A stretch of DNA of 64,000 bases, taken from Bacteroidota bacterium (lineage in GTDB: Bacteria > Bacteroidota > Bacteroidia > Sphingobacteriales > Sphingobacteriaceae). Each line of letters opens with the position of its first letter. The first letter of the stretch is position 1. Under the pieces are notes generated by a model. That model was not told where the DNA came from. It searched no databases and saw only the letters and a list, made by a program, of their open reading frames with translations. This document shows, piece by piece, positions 10,901 to 22,864 of this stretch. The position numbers and the translations under genes were made by a program. The stretch spans positions 52,906 through 116,905 of the forward strand of contig JAEXHI010000024.1 in the NCBI GenBank assembly GCA_023450085.1, in the 5' to 3' direction.

Positions 10901-12237
10901 AAACGGTGAAGCGTAGGTGCACGGTTTAGCAACACTGGGTGTCCTTTCAATACGTTTTCAAGGATATCCCAAACTAGAGGATCTTTTCTATCAACAATTT
11001 TCTTAGCTGATTTTACGGTCTTAACAACACCTCTTTCAATCATCTTACGAATGATGAACGGTTTGTAAAGCTCTGCAGCCATATCTTTTGGTAAACCGCA
11101 TTCGTGTAATTTAAGGTTTGGACCTACAACAATTACCGAACGAGCAGAATAATCCACACGTTTACCTAATAAGTTTTGACGGAAACGACCTTGTTTACCT
11201 TTCAAGATATCTGAAAGTGATTTCAAGGCACGGTTACCTTCAGTTTTAACAGCGTTTACTTTACGTGAGTTATCGAACAACGAGTCAACAGCTTCCTGTA
11301 ACATACGTTTTTCGTTACGTAAAATAACCTCTGGTGCTTTAATCTCAATCAAACGTTTTAAACGGTTGTTACGAATAATCACACGACGATATAAATCGTT
11401 CAAATCTGAAGTTGCGAAACGACCACCTTCCAATGGAACTAATGGACGTAACTCTGGTGGAATAACTGGAACAATCTTGATGATCATCCACTCAGGGTTA
11501 TTCTCGATATTCTCTCTTGAGCTACGGAAAGCCTCAACTACTTGAAGACGTTTTAACGCTTCGTTTTTACGTTGTTGAGAAGTTTCGTTAGCTGCTTGGT
11601 GACGTAGGTTATAAGATAAGCTATCTAAATCAATACGTTTCAACAAATCTTCTAATGCCTCTGCACCCATTTTGGCTACAAATTTATTAGGATCTTTGTC
11701 GTCTAAGTATTGGTTTTCTTTAGGTAATTTATCTAAAATATCAAGGTACTCTTCTTCAGTTAAGAAATCCATGAACTGGATACCTTGCTCAGCCATTAAA
11801 CCAGCTTGGATTACTACATAACGCTCGTAGTAAATGATCAAGTCTAATTTTTTGGTTGGCAAACCTAAAAGATAACCGATTTTGTTAGGCAAAGAACGGA
11901 AATACCAGATATGCGCTACAGGAACCACCAAGTTGATGTGTCCCATACGCTCTCTACGCACTTTCTTTTCAGTTACCTCAACACCACAACGGTCACAAAC
12001 AATCCCTTTGTAACGGATACGCTTGTATTTACCGCAATGACATTCGTAATCTTTTACAGGACCAAAAATACGCTCGCAGAACAAACCATCACGTTCTGGT
12101 TTGTAAGTACGATAGTTAATGGTTTCTGGCTTTAAAACTTCACCGCTTGAACGCTCCAAGATATTCTCCGGAGAAGCCAAACTAATGGTAATGGAAGTGA
12201 AGTTACTTTTTAATTTATTATCCTTTTTGTAAGACAT
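7951..12237 (-). CDS. rpoC: RNA polymerase beta' subunit
   Basis: NADFDGD active site, Zn-finger cysteines, 1428 aa. Confidence 0.99.
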   Translation of the reverse strand: MSYKKDNKLKSNFTSITISLASPENILERSSGEVLKPETINYRTYKPERDGLFCERIFGPVKDYECHCGKYKRIRYKGIVCDRCGVEVTEKKVRRERMGHINLVVPVAHIWYFRSLPNKIGYLLGLPTKKLDLIIYYERYVVIQAGLMAEQGIQFMDFLTEEEYLDILDKLPKENQYLDDKDPNKFVAKMGAEALEDLLKRIDLDSLSYNLRHQAANETSQQRKNEALKRLQVVEAFRSSRENIENNPEWMIIKIVPVIPPELRPLVPLEGGRFATSDLNDLYRRVIIRNNRLKRLIEIKAPEVILRNEKRMLQEAVDSLFDNSRKVNAVKTEGNRALKSLSDILKGKQGRFRQNLLGKRVDYSARSVIVVGPNLKLHECGLPKDMAAELYKPFIIRKMIERGVVKTVKSAKKIVDRKDPLVWDILENVLKGHPVLLNRAPTLHRLGIQAFQPKLVEGKAIQLHPLVCTAFNADFDGDQMAVHLPLGNAAILEAQVLMLAAHNILNPANGTPITVPSQDMVLGLYYITKGRRTDENRVVKGQDMNFYSAEEVIIAYNEKRVDLHAWIKVKANVKEADGSIVNKLIETTVGRVLFNQMVPEEVGYINELLTKKSLRDIIGEVVKMTGMARSAKFLDDIKELGFQSAFRGGLSFNLQDVNIPVEKHTLLEQAANEVEEVRNNYNMGFITNNERYNQIIDIWTRINNRLTTFVMNQLSSDNQGFNSVYMMLDSGARGSKEQIRQLAGMRGLMAKPQKSGSGGEIIENPILSNFKEGLSVLEYFISTHGARKGLADTALKTADAGYLTRRLHDVAQDMIVNDVDCGTLRGMYTTALKDNEDIVEPLYERILGRTSLHDVYNPLNGELLVGAGQDIDEDVAKAIEESPLEGVEIRSVLTCENKRGVCALCYGRNLASGKRVQRGEAVGVIAAQSIGEPGTQLTLRTFHVGGTASNIANESQINAKFDGVIEFENLRTVQTTTEDGVVDIVLGRSGEFRIVEPGTNKVIVNNNIPYGAFLYVKEGDKVAKGDKIVSWDPYNAVIISEFGGKIEFDAIIEGVTFREESDEQTGHREKVIIDTRDKTKNPAIKVLDKKGELIRTYNIPVGAHIAVDEGDAVQSGQVLVKIPRATGKTRDITGGLPRVTELFEARNPSNPAVVTEIDGVVTLGGIKRGNREMTIESRDGEVKKYLVPLSKHILVQDNDFVKAGMPLSDGSISPADILAIKGPAAVQEYLVNGIQEVYRLQGVKINDKHFEVIVHQMMQKVHIEDPGDTRFLENDSVDRWDFMIENDEIFDKKVVVEAGDSTTVKPGQIISLRKLRDENSQLKRQDLAQIEVRDAKPATASSVLQGITRASLGTKSFISAASFQETTKVLNEAAIAGKKDRMLGLKENVIVGHLIPSGTGVRGYERIIVGSQEEYDKLLASKQEEVEA

Positions 12238-12248
12238 ATTCTTTTTGA

Positions 12249-12311
12249 GTTGAAAGTTAAAAGTGGAAAGTTGAAAGTGGCCGAAGCCTTAAACTTTCAA
12301 CTTTTTACTTT
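12249..12311. repeat. Inverted heptamer array between rpoB and rpoC
   Basis: GTTGAAA GTTAAAA GTGGAAA GTTGAAA ... ACTTTCA ACTTTTT ACTTT. Confidence 0.75.
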
Positions 12312-12316
12312 ATACT

Positions 12317-15300
12317 TTAGTCTAACGTAATATCTAAACCTAAGCCGCGTAGCTCGTGTACCAATACGTTGAACGATTCTGGTACGCCTGGAGTTGGTAG
12401 GTTTTCGCCTTTAACAATGGCTTCGTAGGTTTTAGCTCTTCCAATAACATCATCCGACTTAACGGTTAAGATCTCTTGAAGGATATTAGCAGCACCGAAT
12501 GCCTCTAATGCCCAAACCTCCATCTCACCAAAACGCTGACCACCAAACTGAGCTTTACCACCCAATGGTTGTTGTGTAATTAATGAGTATGGTCCAATTG
12601 AACGGGCGTGCATCTTATCATCAACCATGTGACCTAATTTCAGCATATAGATAATACCTACTGTAGTTGGTTGGTCAAATTTCTCGCCTGTTAAACCATT
12701 GTTTAAGTAAGTTCTACCAGAAGCTGGCAAACCTGCTTTAGCGATCCAATCTTCCACCTCATCGCTCTTAGCACCGTCAAAAATTGGAGTAGCAAATTTA
12801 ACGCCCAATTCTTTACCAGCCCAAGCCAATACGGTTTCATAGATCTGACCCAAGTTCATACGTGAAGGTACACCTAGAGGGTTCAACACGATATCAACTG
12901 GAGTCCCGTCATTTAAGAAAGGCATATCTTCGTCACGTACAATACGTGCTACAATACCTTTGTTACCGTGACGACCCGCCATCTTATCACCTACTTTTAG
13001 TTTACGTTTTTTAGCTACATAAACCTTAGCCATCTGAACAATTCCTGATGGAAGCTCATCACCAACACTGATCGCAAATTTATCACGTTTGTAAGCTCCT
13101 AGTTCTTCGTTTACACGGATACCATAGTTGTGCAACAACATTTTGATTTGCTCGTTTTTGTCATCGTCAGTAGTCCATTTGTATGGATTGATATGAGCAT
13201 ACTCTAAGTCCATCAACATTTTTTGCGTAAACTTAGCGCCTTTAGCAATTAAAAGCTCTCTGTATACGTTAAATACGCCTTGTGAAGTTTTACCGTTCAC
13301 AATTTGGAATAACTTGTCAACCAATTCGTTTTTCAAGTTCTCCATAGCAAGGTTGTATCTCTTGTCTAATTTCTCGATTGCTGATTTTTCTTCTGCTTTA
13401 GAAGTTTTCTTAGCTCTTGAGAATAATTTAGTATCAATAACTACACCCTTGATTGATGGAGGAGTTTTTAATGAAGCATCCTTAACATCACCAGCTTTGT
13501 CACCAAAGATGGCACGTAATAATTTCTCTTCTGGTGAAGGATCCGACTCTCCTTTTGGTGTAATTTTACCAATAAGGATATCACCTTCTTTAACTTCAGC
13601 TCCAATACGAATGATACCATTTTCGTCAAGGTCTTTAGTAGCCTCTTCAGAAACGTTAGGGATATCTGGAGTTAACTCCTCTTCACCACGTTTAGTATCA
13701 CGTACTTCTAGTTCAAACTCTTCGATGTGTAATGAAGTAAAGATATCTTCTCTAACAATACGCTCGTTAATTACAATCGCATCCTCAAAGTTATATCCTT
13801 GCCAAGGCATGAAAGCTACTTTTAAGTTTCTTCCTAATGCCAACTCACCATCTTGAGTTGCATAACCTTCACAAAGTACTTGTCCTTTAGTAACTTTTTG
13901 ACCTTTCTTAACGATCGGTTTCAAGTTGATACAAGTATTTTGGTTGGTTTTTTTGAACTTGGTTAATTTATAAGTTTTGCTATCGCCTTCGAAAGAAACC
14001 AAACGATCGTCATCGTTTCTTTCATATTTGATCACAATTTCATTAGCATCAACATACTCAACAACACCAGCACCTTCTGCATTGATCAAAGTTCTTGAGT
14101 CACGTGCAACACGACCTTCTAAACCTGTACCTACAATTGGAGCCTCAGGACGTAACAATGGTACGGCCTGACGTTGCATGTTCGATCCCATCAACGCCCT
14201 GTTCGCATCATCATGCTCCAAGAAAGGAATCAATGAAGCCGCGATAGAAGTAATTTGGTTAGGCGCAATATCCATCAAGTCTAATTTCTCAGGCTCGATA
14301 ATCGGGAAGTCACCCTCGTAACGTGCTTTAACACGTGGCGTAGCGAAATTACCTTTATCATCATACTGAGCATTAGCTTGAGCGATAGTTTTACCATCCT
14401 CATCCTCTGCAGATAAGTAAATTACATCTTCGTTTACAGAAACCTTACCATCAACTACCTTTTTGTAAGGAGTTTCGATAAAGCCTAAGCTGTTGATTTT
14501 TGCGTGAACGCAAAGTGACGAGATCAAACCAATGTTTGGACCCTCTGGAGTTTCGATAGTACACAAACGACCGTAGTGCGTATAGTGAACGTCACGAACC
14601 TCGAAACCTGCACGCTCACGAGATAGACCACCTGGACCTAAAGCTGAAAGACGACGCTTGTGCGTAATCTCTGCCAATGGGTTGGTTTGATCCATGAACT
14701 GTGATAGCTGGTTGGTACCAAAGAAAGAGTTGATTACAGATGACAATGTACGAGCATTGATCAAATCTGTTGGGGTAAATACCTCGTTATCACGAATGTT
14801 CATACGCTCACGGATAGTTCTAGCCATACGAGCTAAACCTACACCAAATTGTGCGTACAACTGCTCACCTACCGTACGTACACGACGGTTTGATAAGTGG
14901 TCAATATCATCCACCTCTTCTTTTGAATTGATCAATTTGATCAAGTATTTAACAATCGCGATAATATCCGCTTTCGTTAATACTTTTACATCATCAGGGG
15001 TATCCATTTTCAACTTACGGTTGATACGGTATCTACCCACATCACCTAAGTCATAACGTTTATCCGAGAAGAACAAACGCTCAATGATACCTCTTGCTGT
15101 TTCCTCATCAGGTGGTTCTGCGTTACGCAAAGCACGGTAGATGTTCTCCACAGCCTCTTTTTCAGAGTTTGAAGTATCTTTTTGTAAAGTATTATATATA
15201 ATGGTATAATCAGCTTGCGATGCACCGTCATCTTTAGACAAGATAATGGTTTTAACACCAGCATCGATGATTAGATCAATATGCTCGTCTTCTAAAATGG

Positions 15301-16120
15301 TATCCCTGTCTAAGATTACCTCGTTACGGTCAATAGAAACTACCTCACCGGTATCCTCATCCACAAAATCCTCTACCCATTTTCTAAGTACCCTTGCAGC
15401 TAGTTTACGTCCGATGTATTTCTTTAAACCTGATTTGCTAACTTTTACTTCGTCAGCTAAATCGAAAAGCTCTAAGATGTCTTTATCAGAATCATAACCA
15501 ATAGCACGCAATAACGTAGTTACAGGGAATTTCTTTTTACGGTCGATGTAAGCATACATTACGTTGTTAACGTCTGTAGCGAACTCGATCCAAGAACCTT
15601 TAAACGGAATTACACGGGCAGAATATAACTTGGTACCGTTAGTGTGGCGGCTTTGGCCAAAGAACACACCTGGTGACCTGTGTAACTGCGATACAATTAC
15701 ACGCTCTGCACCGTTAATTACAAACGTACCTTTAGGAGTCATATAAGGAATGGTTCCTAAGTATACATCTTGAATAATGGTTTCAAAATCTTCGTGCTCA
15801 GCATCGTTACAAGAAAGCTTCAATTTAGCTTTCAATGGAACGCTGTAAGTTAGCCCACGGTCAATACATTCTGGAATGTCATAACGAGGTGGGTCAATAA
15901 AATAATCTAAGAATTCTAAAACAAAGATGTTTCTAGAATCTGTGATTGGGAAGTTTTCAGCAAACACTTTAAACAAACCTTCTGTGTGACGGTTGTCTGA
16001 TGTAGTTTCGATCTGAAAAAATTCTCTAAATGATTGCAACTGCACATCCAGAAAATCTGGATAATCGATAATGTGCTTACTACGTGCAAAATTTACTCTT
16101 TGGTCGACTTTATTTGCCAA
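12317..16120 (-). CDS. rpoB: RNA polymerase beta subunit (TTG start)
   Basis: Rif region [38 protein letters not shown] and GGQRFGEME. Confidence 0.99.
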   Translation of the reverse strand: MANKVDQRVNFARSKHIIDYPDFLDVQLQSFREFFQIETTSDNRHTEGLFKVFAENFPITDSRNIFVLEFLDYFIDPPRYDIPECIDRGLTYSVPLKAKLKLSCNDAEHEDFETIIQDVYLGTIPYMTPKGTFVINGAERVIVSQLHRSPGVFFGQSRHTNGTKLYSARVIPFKGSWIEFATDVNNVMYAYIDRKKKFPVTTLLRAIGYDSDKDILELFDLADEVKVSKSGLKKYIGRKLAARVLRKWVEDFVDEDTGEVVSIDRNEVILDRDTILEDEHIDLIIDAGVKTIILSKDDGASQADYTIIYNTLQKDTSNSEKEAVENIYRALRNAEPPDEETARGIIERLFFSDKRYDLGDVGRYRINRKLKMDTPDDVKVLTKADIIAIVKYLIKLINSKEEVDDIDHLSNRRVRTVGEQLYAQFGVGLARMARTIRERMNIRDNEVFTPTDLINARTLSSVINSFFGTNQLSQFMDQTNPLAEITHKRRLSALGPGGLSRERAGFEVRDVHYTHYGRLCTIETPEGPNIGLISSLCVHAKINSLGFIETPYKKVVDGKVSVNEDVIYLSAEDEDGKTIAQANAQYDDKGNFATPRVKARYEGDFPIIEPEKLDLMDIAPNQITSIAASLIPFLEHDDANRALMGSNMQRQAVPLLRPEAPIVGTGLEGRVARDSRTLINAEGAGVVEYVDANEIVIKYERNDDDRLVSFEGDSKTYKLTKFKKTNQNTCINLKPIVKKGQKVTKGQVLCEGYATQDGELALGRNLKVAFMPWQGYNFEDAIVINERIVREDIFTSLHIEEFELEVRDTKRGEEELTPDIPNVSEEATKDLDENGIIRIGAEVKEGDILIGKITPKGESDPSPEEKLLRAIFGDKAGDVKDASLKTPPSIKGVVIDTKLFSRAKKTSKAEEKSAIEKLDKRYNLAMENLKNELVDKLFQIVNGKTSQGVFNVYRELLIAKGAKFTQKMLMDLEYAHINPYKWTTDDDKNEQIKMLLHNYGIRVNEELGAYKRDKFAISVGDELPSGIVQMAKVYVAKKRKLKVGDKMAGRHGNKGIVARIVRDEDMPFLNDGTPVDIVLNPLGVPSRMNLGQIYETVLAWAGKELGVKFATPIFDGAKSDEVEDWIAKAGLPASGRTYLNNGLTGEKFDQPTTVGIIYMLKLGHMVDDKMHARSIGPYSLITQQPLGGKAQFGGQRFGEMEVWALEAFGAANILQEILTVKSDDVIGRAKTYEAIVKGENLPTPGVPESFNVLVHELRGLGLDITLD

Positions 16121-16219
16121 GGGACTAAATTTAATTTAGTTTAAGAATAAACTATTTTTTGGTTTTTAAAAGGGAACATTTCATAAACCAAACAAAATGA
16201 AATGTTTATAAACGGGAAT

Positions 16220-16245
16220 AGACTCCAACTTTACAGTCGGAGTCT
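16220..16245 (-). terminator. Hairpin between rplL and rpoB (possible attenuator or processing site)
   Basis: AGACTCCGAC-tgtaaa-GTTGGAGTCT on the minus strand, with only a weak U tract. Confidence 0.45.
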
Positions 16246-16275
16246 TTTCTTTTGAGTTTTGTTAAAATTAAGTGA

Positions 16276-16653
16276 TTACTTAATCTCAACTACAGCTCCA
16301 GCTTCTTCTAATTGTTTTTTAAGAGCTTCTGCTTCGTCTTTAGCAACACCTGATTTCAATTCTTTAGGTGCACCGTCTACTAAGTCTTTAGCTTCTTTCA
16401 AACCTAAACCAGTTAAGTCTTTAACCAATTTAACAACTGCTAATTTTTGACCACCAGCATCTTTCAAGATTACATCAAAAGATGTTTTCTCTTCAACTGC
16501 AGCAGCTTCGCCACCAGCAGCAGGAGCAGCAACAGCTACTGCAGCAGCAGCAGGCTCGATACCGTACTCGTCTTTTAAGATTTGAGCTAACTCATTAACT
16601 TCTTTAACTGTTAAGTTTACTAATTGCTCAGCAAACGCTTTTAAATCTGCCAT
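16276..16653 (-). CDS. rplL: 50S ribosomal protein L7/L12
   Basis: Ala-rich hinge, [12 protein letters not shown]. Confidence 0.99.
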   Translation of the reverse strand: MADLKAFAEQLVNLTVKEVNELAQILKDEYGIEPAAAAVAVAAPAAGGEAAAVEEKTSFDVILKDAGGQKLAVVKLVKDLTGLGLKEAKDLVDGAPKELKSGVAKDEAEALKKQLEEAGAVVEIK

Positions 16654-16719
16654 TTTATTAAGATTTTAAAATTTTACGTAATTGTTGTTTGTTTAAAATA
16701 CGAACTTATTAGGTGTTCG

Positions 16720-17244
16720 TTAACCTCTTTCTTGTAGTGTTTTAACAATACCTGCGATTTTACCGCCGCCTGATTGTAACGCAGACACAACATTTTTAGC
16801 TGGTGATTGTAATAGACCAATGATTTCGCCAATAAGTTCTTCTCTTGATTTAAGACTTACTAATGCATCTAATTGGTTATCTCCAACGAAGATTGCTGTA
16901 TCAATGTATGCGCCTTTCAATTGAGGCTTGTCTTCGCCTTTTCCTTTTCTTAGAGATTTGATCAGCTTAGCTGGACCATTACCTACTTTAGAAAATAATA
17001 AAGCTGATTGACCTTTTAATGCTGGGAAGATATCTGATGAGTCGCCTTCTAATCCATCAATCGCAATTTTGATCAATGTATTTTTCGCTACTTTCATTTC
17101 GATACCACTTTCGAAACATTTGCGACGGATGTTATTTACTTTTTCAACAGATAAGCCAGAGGTATCAGCAATGTAAAAATTGCCATACTCTTGCATTTTC
17201 GCTTGTAGAGCTAAAACTACTTCTTGTTTTTCTTCTCTGTTCAT
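16720..17244 (-). CDS. rplJ: 50S ribosomal protein L10
   Basis: KVAKNTL and SREELIGEIIGLLQSP motifs; synteny. Confidence 0.97.
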   Translation of the reverse strand: MNREEKQEVVLALQAKMQEYGNFYIADTSGLSVEKVNNIRRKCFESGIEMKVAKNTLIKIAIDGLEGDSSDIFPALKGQSALLFSKVGNGPAKLIKSLRKGKGEDKPQLKGAYIDTAIFVGDNQLDALVSLKSREELIGEIIGLLQSPAKNVVSALQSGGGKIAGIVKTLQERG

Positions 17245-17246
17245 AA

Positions 17247-17945
17247 TTAGATCCCCGCTACTGATTTAGTTTCTACTGAAATTCCAGGACTCATTGTAGA
17301 AGACACGTGAATGCTCTTGAAATAAGTACCTTTTGCTGCAGAAGGTTTTAATTTTGAGATCGTTTGAAGTACTTCTAACGCGTTCTCGTATAATTTCTCC
17401 GGAGAGAATGATACTTTACCTATTGAAGCGTGAATGATACCAGTTTTGTCAACTTTAAAATCGATCTTACCACCTTTTACATCAGTTACAGCTTTACCAA
17501 CTTCGTTAGTTACTGTACCTGATTTCGGGTTTGGCATTAAGTTACGTGGACCTAAAACACGGCCCAACTTACCAACTTTTGCCATACACGCAGGCGTAGT
17601 GATAATAATGTCTACATCTGTCCAACCACCTTCAATTTTAGCAACATACTCGTCTAAACCTACGAAATCTGCTCCTGCTGCCTTAGCTTCTTCTTCCTTA
17701 TCAGGAGTTACCAAAGCTAAAACGCGAACAGTTTTACCGGTACCGTGAGGTAAAGTAGCTATACCACGAACCATTTGATTGGCTTTACGAGGATCTACTC
17801 CCAACGCTACATCGATATCAACCGATGCATCGAATTTGGTAGTAGTAATCTCTTTAACCAAAGCAGATGCTTCTTTTAAGGAATAAGACTTACCGGCTTC
17901 TAGTTTAGCGTGTGCTATTTTTTGATTTTTTGTTAACTTAGCCAC
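17247..17945 (-). CDS. rplA: 50S ribosomal protein L1 (GTG start)
   Basis: [28 protein letters not shown]. Confidence 0.99.
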   Translation of the reverse strand: MAKLTKNQKIAHAKLEAGKSYSLKEASALVKEITTTKFDASVDIDVALGVDPRKANQMVRGIATLPHGTGKTVRVLALVTPDKEEEAKAAGADFVGLDEYVAKIEGGWTDVDIIITTPACMAKVGKLGRVLGPRNLMPNPKSGTVTNEVGKAVTDVKGGKIDFKVDKTGIIHASIGKVSFSPEKLYENALEVLQTISKLKPSAAKGTYFKSIHVSSTMSPGISVETKSVAGI

Positions 17946-17971
17946 TAGTGTAAACTGTTAATGTTAAATAA

Positions 17972-18412
17972 TTAGTTAAAAGGCGCATCACCTGAAACAG
18001 TGATACCCATACTACGTGCTGTACCAGCAACCATACTCATTGCTGATTCGATAGTAAATGCATTTAAATCAGGCATTTTATCTTCAGCAATTGCCTTAAC
18101 TTGATCCCAAGTCACCGATCCAACTTTTTTACGGTTAGGCTCAGCAGAACCACTCTGTAATTTAGTAGCATCCAATAATTGGATAGCAACCGGAGGGGTT
18201 TTGATGATGAAATCGAAAGACTTGTCAGCATATACAGTAATTACAACTGGTAAAACTTTACCTGGCTTATCTTGGGTACGAGCATTGAATTGTTTACAAA
18301 ACTCCATGATGTTCACACCTTTAGCACCTAATGCAGGTCCTACTGGTGGCGATGGGTTTGCAGCTCCGCCTTTGATCTGTAATTTGATCATCGCACTGAC
18401 TTCTTTTGCCAT
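17972..18412 (-). CDS. rplK: 50S ribosomal protein L11
   Basis: [28 protein letters not shown]. Confidence 0.99.
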   Translation of the reverse strand: MAKEVSAMIKLQIKGGAANPSPPVGPALGAKGVNIMEFCKQFNARTQDKPGKVLPVVITVYADKSFDFIIKTPPVAIQLLDATKLQSGSAEPNRKKVGSVTWDQVKAIAEDKMPDLNAFTIESAMSMVAGTARSMGITVSGDAPFN

Positions 18413-18500
18413 TTTTTGTTTTTGTTTAATTAAAACTCAATGTTAAATTTTGGAAGCAATGTAACATTTAAGATCCCTTTGGTTGTATTATAACGCAAAA

Positions 18501-18534
18501 AGGACTGCAAAGATATAAATTATCTTGCAGTCCT
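18501..18534 (-). promoter_or_regulatory. rplK -7 element (18508-18515) embedded in a hairpin downstream of nusG
   Basis: Minus strand TATCTTTG lies within the inverted repeat AGGACTGCAA...TTGCAGTCCT. Confidence 0.6.
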
Positions 18535-18559
18535 ACAATACTTTTATAAAAAATTTTTA

Positions 18560-19102
18560 TTATTCTTTTTCTACTTGCATATAGTTAAGTTCAAGTGGCG
18601 TTTTACGTCCGAAAATCTTAACCATTACTTTCAATTTTTTCTTCTCTTCGTTAACCTCTTCAATGATACCGGTAAAACCGTTGAAAGGACCATCCATTAC
18701 TTTTACGTTTTCTCCAACATAGTAAGCAACGTTCATGGTTTCACTTTGCTGGCTCATTTCATCAACCTTACCTAAAATACGGTTAACTTCAGCCTGTCTC
18801 ATTGGAATTGGATTACCAGCTTTATCACCTAAAAATCCAATTACACTGTTAATTCCTTTAATGATGTGCTCTAACTCACCATCCAAAGCCGCTTCCATCA
18901 AAACATATCCTGGGTAATAATTACGCTCTTTAGCGATCTTTTTACCGTCTTTCATTTGATAGTACTTCTCTGTAGGGATAAGTACTTGCGGTACTAGATG
19001 AGAAACTCCTAAACGGCTAATCTCAGAATCGATATACTGTTTTACTTTCTTCTCTTTACCACTTACCGCTCTAACAACGTACCATTTTAGCTGATCGTTC
19101 AT
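18560..19102 (-). CDS. nusG: Transcription termination/antitermination factor NusG
   Basis: [20 protein letters not shown] motif DGPFNGF, IFGRKTP. Confidence 0.99.
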   Translation of the reverse strand: MNDQLKWYVVRAVSGKEKKVKQYIDSEISRLGVSHLVPQVLIPTEKYYQMKDGKKIAKERNYYPGYVLMEAALDGELEHIIKGINSVIGFLGDKAGNPIPMRQAEVNRILGKVDEMSQQSETMNVAYYVGENVKVMDGPFNGFTGIIEEVNEEKKKLKVMVKIFGRKTPLELNYMQVEKE

Positions 19103-19116
19103 CTAATAATCTAATT

Positions 19117-19308
19117 TTAAAGTGAATTGTAAAAAGTTTCAAGAACAAAATTCGCACCTTTATCCATAGCTAAAATTACTAGGGAAATAATAGCTGATGC
19201 TACAAGCACCAATACTGCCGAATTTTGCAAATCACCCCAAGTAGGCCAAGTTACCTTCTGGGTCATTTCTTCGTACGATTCTTTTATAAACTGAACTAAC
19301 TTAGCCAT
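19117..19308 (-). CDS. secE: Preprotein translocase subunit SecE
   Basis: EM..KVTWPT motif plus a single TM segment; synteny. Confidence 0.95.
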   Translation of the reverse strand: MAKLVQFIKESYEEMTQKVTWPTWGDLQNSAVLVLVASAIISLVILAMDKGANFVLETFYNSL

Positions 19309-19413
19309 ATATTAATTGTTGAAGGTGTGAATGACTAAATGAGTGAATGATCATATCTGAAAATATCTTTCAAATCAATCATCCACTCATTCAGATTTTC
19401 AATCATTATTTAG

Positions 19414-19484
19414 CACGGGAACAAGGATTCGAACCCTGATCAAAGGTTTTGGAGACCTCTATTCTACCATTGAACTATTCCCGT
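19414..19484 (-). tRNA. tRNA-Trp(CCA)
   Basis: ACGGGAA/TTCCCGT acceptor stem, anticodon loop CT-CCA-AA, T loop GTTCGAATC. CCA end not encoded. Confidence 0.97.
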
Positions 19485-19547
19485 GGGTGAAAATTAGCTA
19501 ATCAACGATTGCTGATTAGCTAATTTTATTTATGCTATAGCTATTAA

Positions 19548-20735
19548 TTAAGCTAAGATTTCAGTTACCTGACCAGCACCTACTGTTCTACCACCTTCAC
19601 GGATAGCGAAACGTAGACCTTTTTCCATTGCGATAGCGTTGATCAACTTAACAGTGATGGTAACGTTATCACCTGGCATAACCATTTCAGTACCTTCAGC
19701 TAGTGAAATTTCACCAGTTACGTCTGTAGTACGGAAATAGAACTGAGGACGGTATTTGTTGAAGAATGGAGTGTGACGACCACCTTCCGCTTTTGACAAT
19801 ACGTAAACCTCTGCTTTGAAATCAGTGTGAGGAGTTACTGAACCTGGTTTACAGATTACCATACCACGACGGATATCAGTTTTCTCAATACCACGTAACA
19901 ATAAACCTACGTTATCACCAGCTTCACCGTAATCTAAGATTTTACGGAACATCTCAACACCAGTTACGGTTGATTTCAAGTTCTCAGCACCCATACCTAG
20001 GATCTCAACTGGATCACCAGAGTTGATTACACCACGCTCAATACGACCAGTAGCAACAGTACCACGACCAGTGATTGAGAATACGTCTTCAACAGGCATC
20101 AAGAAAGGAAGATCTGTCAAACGTGGAGGGATTGGGATGTAGTTATCTACAGCTTCCATTAACTCCATGATTTTAGCTACCCATTTTGGATCGCCGTTCA
20201 AACCACCTAGAGCAGAACCTTGGATAACTGGAATGTCATCACCTGGGAACTCATAGAATGATAATAACTCACGAACTTCCATTTCAACAAGCTCTAACAA
20301 CTCAGGGTCGTCAACCATGTCAACTTTATTCATGAATACTACAAGTGCAGGTACACCTACTTGACGAGCCAAAAGAATGTGCTCACGAGTTTGAGGCATA
20401 GGACCATCAGTTGCAGCTACTACGATGATAGCACCGTCCATTTGAGCAGCACCAGTAACCATGTTTTTCACGTAATCCGCGTGACCTGGACAGTCAACGT
20501 GTGCATAGTGACGGTTAGCTGTTGAGTACTCAACGTGTGCAGTATTGATAGTGATACCTCTTTCTTTTTCCTCTGGAGCAGAGTCAATTGAATCGAATGA
20601 ACGTGCCTCAGATAAACCTGCATCAGCTAACACTTTAGTGATTGCTGCTGTCAAAGTTGTTTTACCGTGGTCAACGTGACCGATTGTACCGATGTTTAAG
20701 TGCGGCTTACTGCGGTCAAACTTTTCTTTTGCCAT
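19548..20735 (-). CDS. tuf: Elongation factor Tu
   Basis: [21 protein letters not shown]. Confidence 0.99.
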   Translation of the reverse strand: MAKEKFDRSKPHLNIGTIGHVDHGKTTLTAAITKVLADAGLSEARSFDSIDSAPEEKERGITINTAHVEYSTANRHYAHVDCPGHADYVKNMVTGAAQMDGAIIVVAATDGPMPQTREHILLARQVGVPALVVFMNKVDMVDDPELLELVEMEVRELLSFYEFPGDDIPVIQGSALGGLNGDPKWVAKIMELMEAVDNYIPIPPRLTDLPFLMPVEDVFSITGRGTVATGRIERGVINSGDPVEILGMGAENLKSTVTGVEMFRKILDYGEAGDNVGLLLRGIEKTDIRRGMVICKPGSVTPHTDFKAEVYVLSKAEGGRHTPFFNKYRPQFYFRTTDVTGEISLAEGTEMVMPGDNVTITVKLINAIAMEKGLRFAIREGGRTVGAGQVTEILA

Positions 20736-20862
20736 TTTTTTATACTTATTAGTAGGTTAAAATTTTTTTTATTTAATTATTGCTTTGATACAATTTCAAT
20801 ACAAAAAACCCTGTTCCTTCTGTATTTTCAACAGACTAAACAAAGTTATTTAGTTGTTTTTG

Positions 20863-20934
<72 letters not shown>

Positions 20935-20991
20935 TTTTTAACTTTTCAGCTCATTAGTTCATTGGCCATGTTTAACTAATGAACTCCCAAG

Positions 20992-21064
20992 AGCGGAAGA
21001 CGAGGTTCGAACTCGCGACCTATAGCTTGGAAGGCTATCGCTCTACCAACTGAGCTACTTCCGC
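20992..21064 (-). tRNA. tRNA-Gly(TCC)
   Basis: GCGGAAG/CTTCCGC acceptor stem; ATAGC-CTTCCAA-GCTAT anticodon arm. Confidence 0.97.
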
Positions 21065-21111
21065 TTATTAGATTAGCTAATTATCAAACTAGTTAATTAG
21101 CTAATAAAATA

Positions 21112-21197
21112 TGGTGGGGAGAGAAGGATTCGAACCTTCGAAGTCTTGCGACAACAGAGTTACAGTCTGTCCCATTTGGCCACTCTGGTATCTCCCC
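21112..21197 (-). tRNA. tRNA-Tyr(GTA)
   Basis: GGGGAGA/TCTCCCC acceptor stem, ACAGA-CTGTAAC-TCTGT anticodon arm, long variable arm, encoded CCA. Confidence 0.97.
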
Positions 21198-21234
21198 CCT
21201 TTTACTCCAAAATTGACATCCTGAAATAAAAAAG

Positions 21235-21307
<73 letters not shown>

Positions 21308-21331
21308 TTTTATCTTTTTTTTAATGTGGCG

Positions 21332-21457
21332 CAAATATATAAAAATTTATCTTTTCACCTAAATGCAATCACATTTTTTTTATTTTTTTTAATCTTTCAC
21401 AGAACTAACATTTCTCCTGAGGTTGCTACCCCGTTTCCGAAATGGAATGCAAATATA
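21332..21457 (-). promoter_or_regulatory. Tandem -7 elements for the tRNA-tuf operon with a boxA-like sequence between them
   Basis: TATATTTG at 21450-21457 and 21332-21339; GTTCTGTGAAA at 21395-21405 (all minus strand). Confidence 0.55.
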
Positions 21458-21489
21458 CACGCATTATTGTTAGCTGCAAATATTTTTTC

Positions 21490-21524
21490 AAAAAAAAATG
21501 GCGGGAAATTCCCGCCATTTTTTT
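21490..21524. terminator. Terminator after hpf
   Basis: A-run ATGGCGGGAA-a-TTCCCGCCAT T-run. Confidence 0.8.
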
Positions 21525-21551
21525 GTATTGATATTATTGCAAAATATAGCT

Positions 21552-21899
21552 CTAATAATCAGCCACTTCTCCGTTGGCCAAAATTGTTTTGTGCTCACTT
21601 AATTTTGCTCTTGTTTTGTCTTTATGTTTAGTGATTTGTTTTTTTAACGACTCAATTGCCAAATCCGTTGCCTCTTCAAATGTTTTACATTGCTCCTTGG
21701 CAAACATTGTTCCGCCCGGTACAATAAGTTTAATCTCACTTATTTTATTGGCCTCGTCTTCTACGTTCTCTAATTTTAGATATACTTCGCCACTTATGAT
21801 CTGATCAAAAAATTGATCCAATTTATCTACTTTTTTCTGAATAAACTCCAATAGCTTCTTGTCTGCATTAAAATGGATAGACTGCACTCTGATTTTCAT
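21552..21899 (-). CDS. raiA: Ribosome hibernation factor HPF/RaiA (short form)
   Basis: QSIHFNAD.KL..FIQKK.DKL and FEEATDLA.E.LKKQI.KHK. Conserved position next to the tRNA-tuf operon. Confidence 0.9.
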   Translation of the reverse strand: MKIRVQSIHFNADKKLLEFIQKKVDKLDQFFDQIISGEVYLKLENVEDEANKISEIKLIVPGGTMFAKEQCKTFEEATDLAIESLKKQITKHKDKTRAKLSEHKTILANGEVADY

Positions 21900-21912
21900 T
21901 TTTCCTCCTTTT

Positions 21913-22797
21913 TTACGCCCTAGGATGGGCTTGTTTATAAATGGACTTTAATCTTTCAACTGAATTGTGTGTATACACCTGCGTTGCGGCTAAACTGGCA
22001 TGCCCTAGCAATTCCTTAATTGCATTTAAATCGGCTCCACGATTTAGCAAACTGCTCGCAAATGAATGCCTCAGCACGTGAGGACTTTTTTTATCTTGTG
22101 TTGATATCAATTTCAAACAACTATTCACAATACGATAGATGAGCTGTGGGTAAGCTTGGCTACCACTATTGGTAACGATTAAACAAGGGCTTTTGTTGTC
22201 AAAATTTTGCAAAGCTTTTAAAGCGATGAAATCTGTCAATGCCTTCATCAATGGTCGATGCAAAGGAATGATTCTTTCTTTACTCCTTTTACCCAGCACT
22301 TTAACCGTAGATTCGTAGGTGTTTACATCCTCATCTTTGAGATTGATCAGCTCCGCCAGACGCATCCCCGTACCAAATAAAATTTCTACCACTAATTTGT
22401 CACGTTGCCCTGAAAAGGAATCATCAAAGCTGTGCTCATGGTCCAATAGCTCATCCATTTTTACATCTTCTACAAAAACAGGGAGCTTTTTGGGTGTTTT
22501 TAAGGTTTTCACCAATCGAGCGGGGTTATCATTGATTACCCCTTCCCTATGCAAAAACTTGTAGAAACTTTTTAGGGAGGACAATTTCCTATTGACAGCG
22601 CTCTCGGCCAATCCTTTTTCAAGTTGGGCCACCATGAAATTTTTAATATTGAAGCTGGCTGCTTTTTCTAGTTGGTCAATCGATTCTTCTTTTAAGAAAT
22701 CTTCATACTGCAACAAATCCGTACGATACGATTGTAAGGTGTGCGGCGAGTAACGCTTTTCATACTGTAAATATGTTAGAAAATCGTTGATTGACAT
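21913..22797 (-). CDS. xerC: Tyrosine recombinase, XerC-like
   Basis: N-terminal SAM-like domain (EKRYSPHT), GMR..EL, K, HVLRH, LGH and TQVY catalytic residues. Confidence 0.85.
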   Translation of the reverse strand: MSINDFLTYLQYEKRYSPHTLQSYRTDLLQYEDFLKEESIDQLEKAASFNIKNFMVAQLEKGLAESAVNRKLSSLKSFYKFLHREGVINDNPARLVKTLKTPKKLPVFVEDVKMDELLDHEHSFDDSFSGQRDKLVVEILFGTGMRLAELINLKDEDVNTYESTVKVLGKRSKERIIPLHRPLMKALTDFIALKALQNFDNKSPCLIVTNSGSQAYPQLIYRIVNSCLKLISTQDKKSPHVLRHSFASSLLNRGADLNAIKELLGHASLAATQVYTHNSVERLKSIYKQAHPRA

Positions 22798-22864
22798 ATT
22801 ACATTTTCAGATTGGTTGACGAGTCAATTTAGGAAAAAAACAACATCAAACAAGTTTTTTTGAC

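Noticed and set aside
8576..18917. Numerous plus-strand ORFs within rpoC, rpoB, rpl genes and nusG
   Set aside because: Antisense shadows of highly codon-biased genes with no recognisable motifs. The same applies to antisense ORFs in other CDSs of the window.
21913..22797. Phage or island integrase next to tRNAs
   Set aside because: XerC-like size and motifs in the usual rpsU-xer-hpf-tRNA context. No duplicated tRNA 3' end (att site) or cargo was seen.
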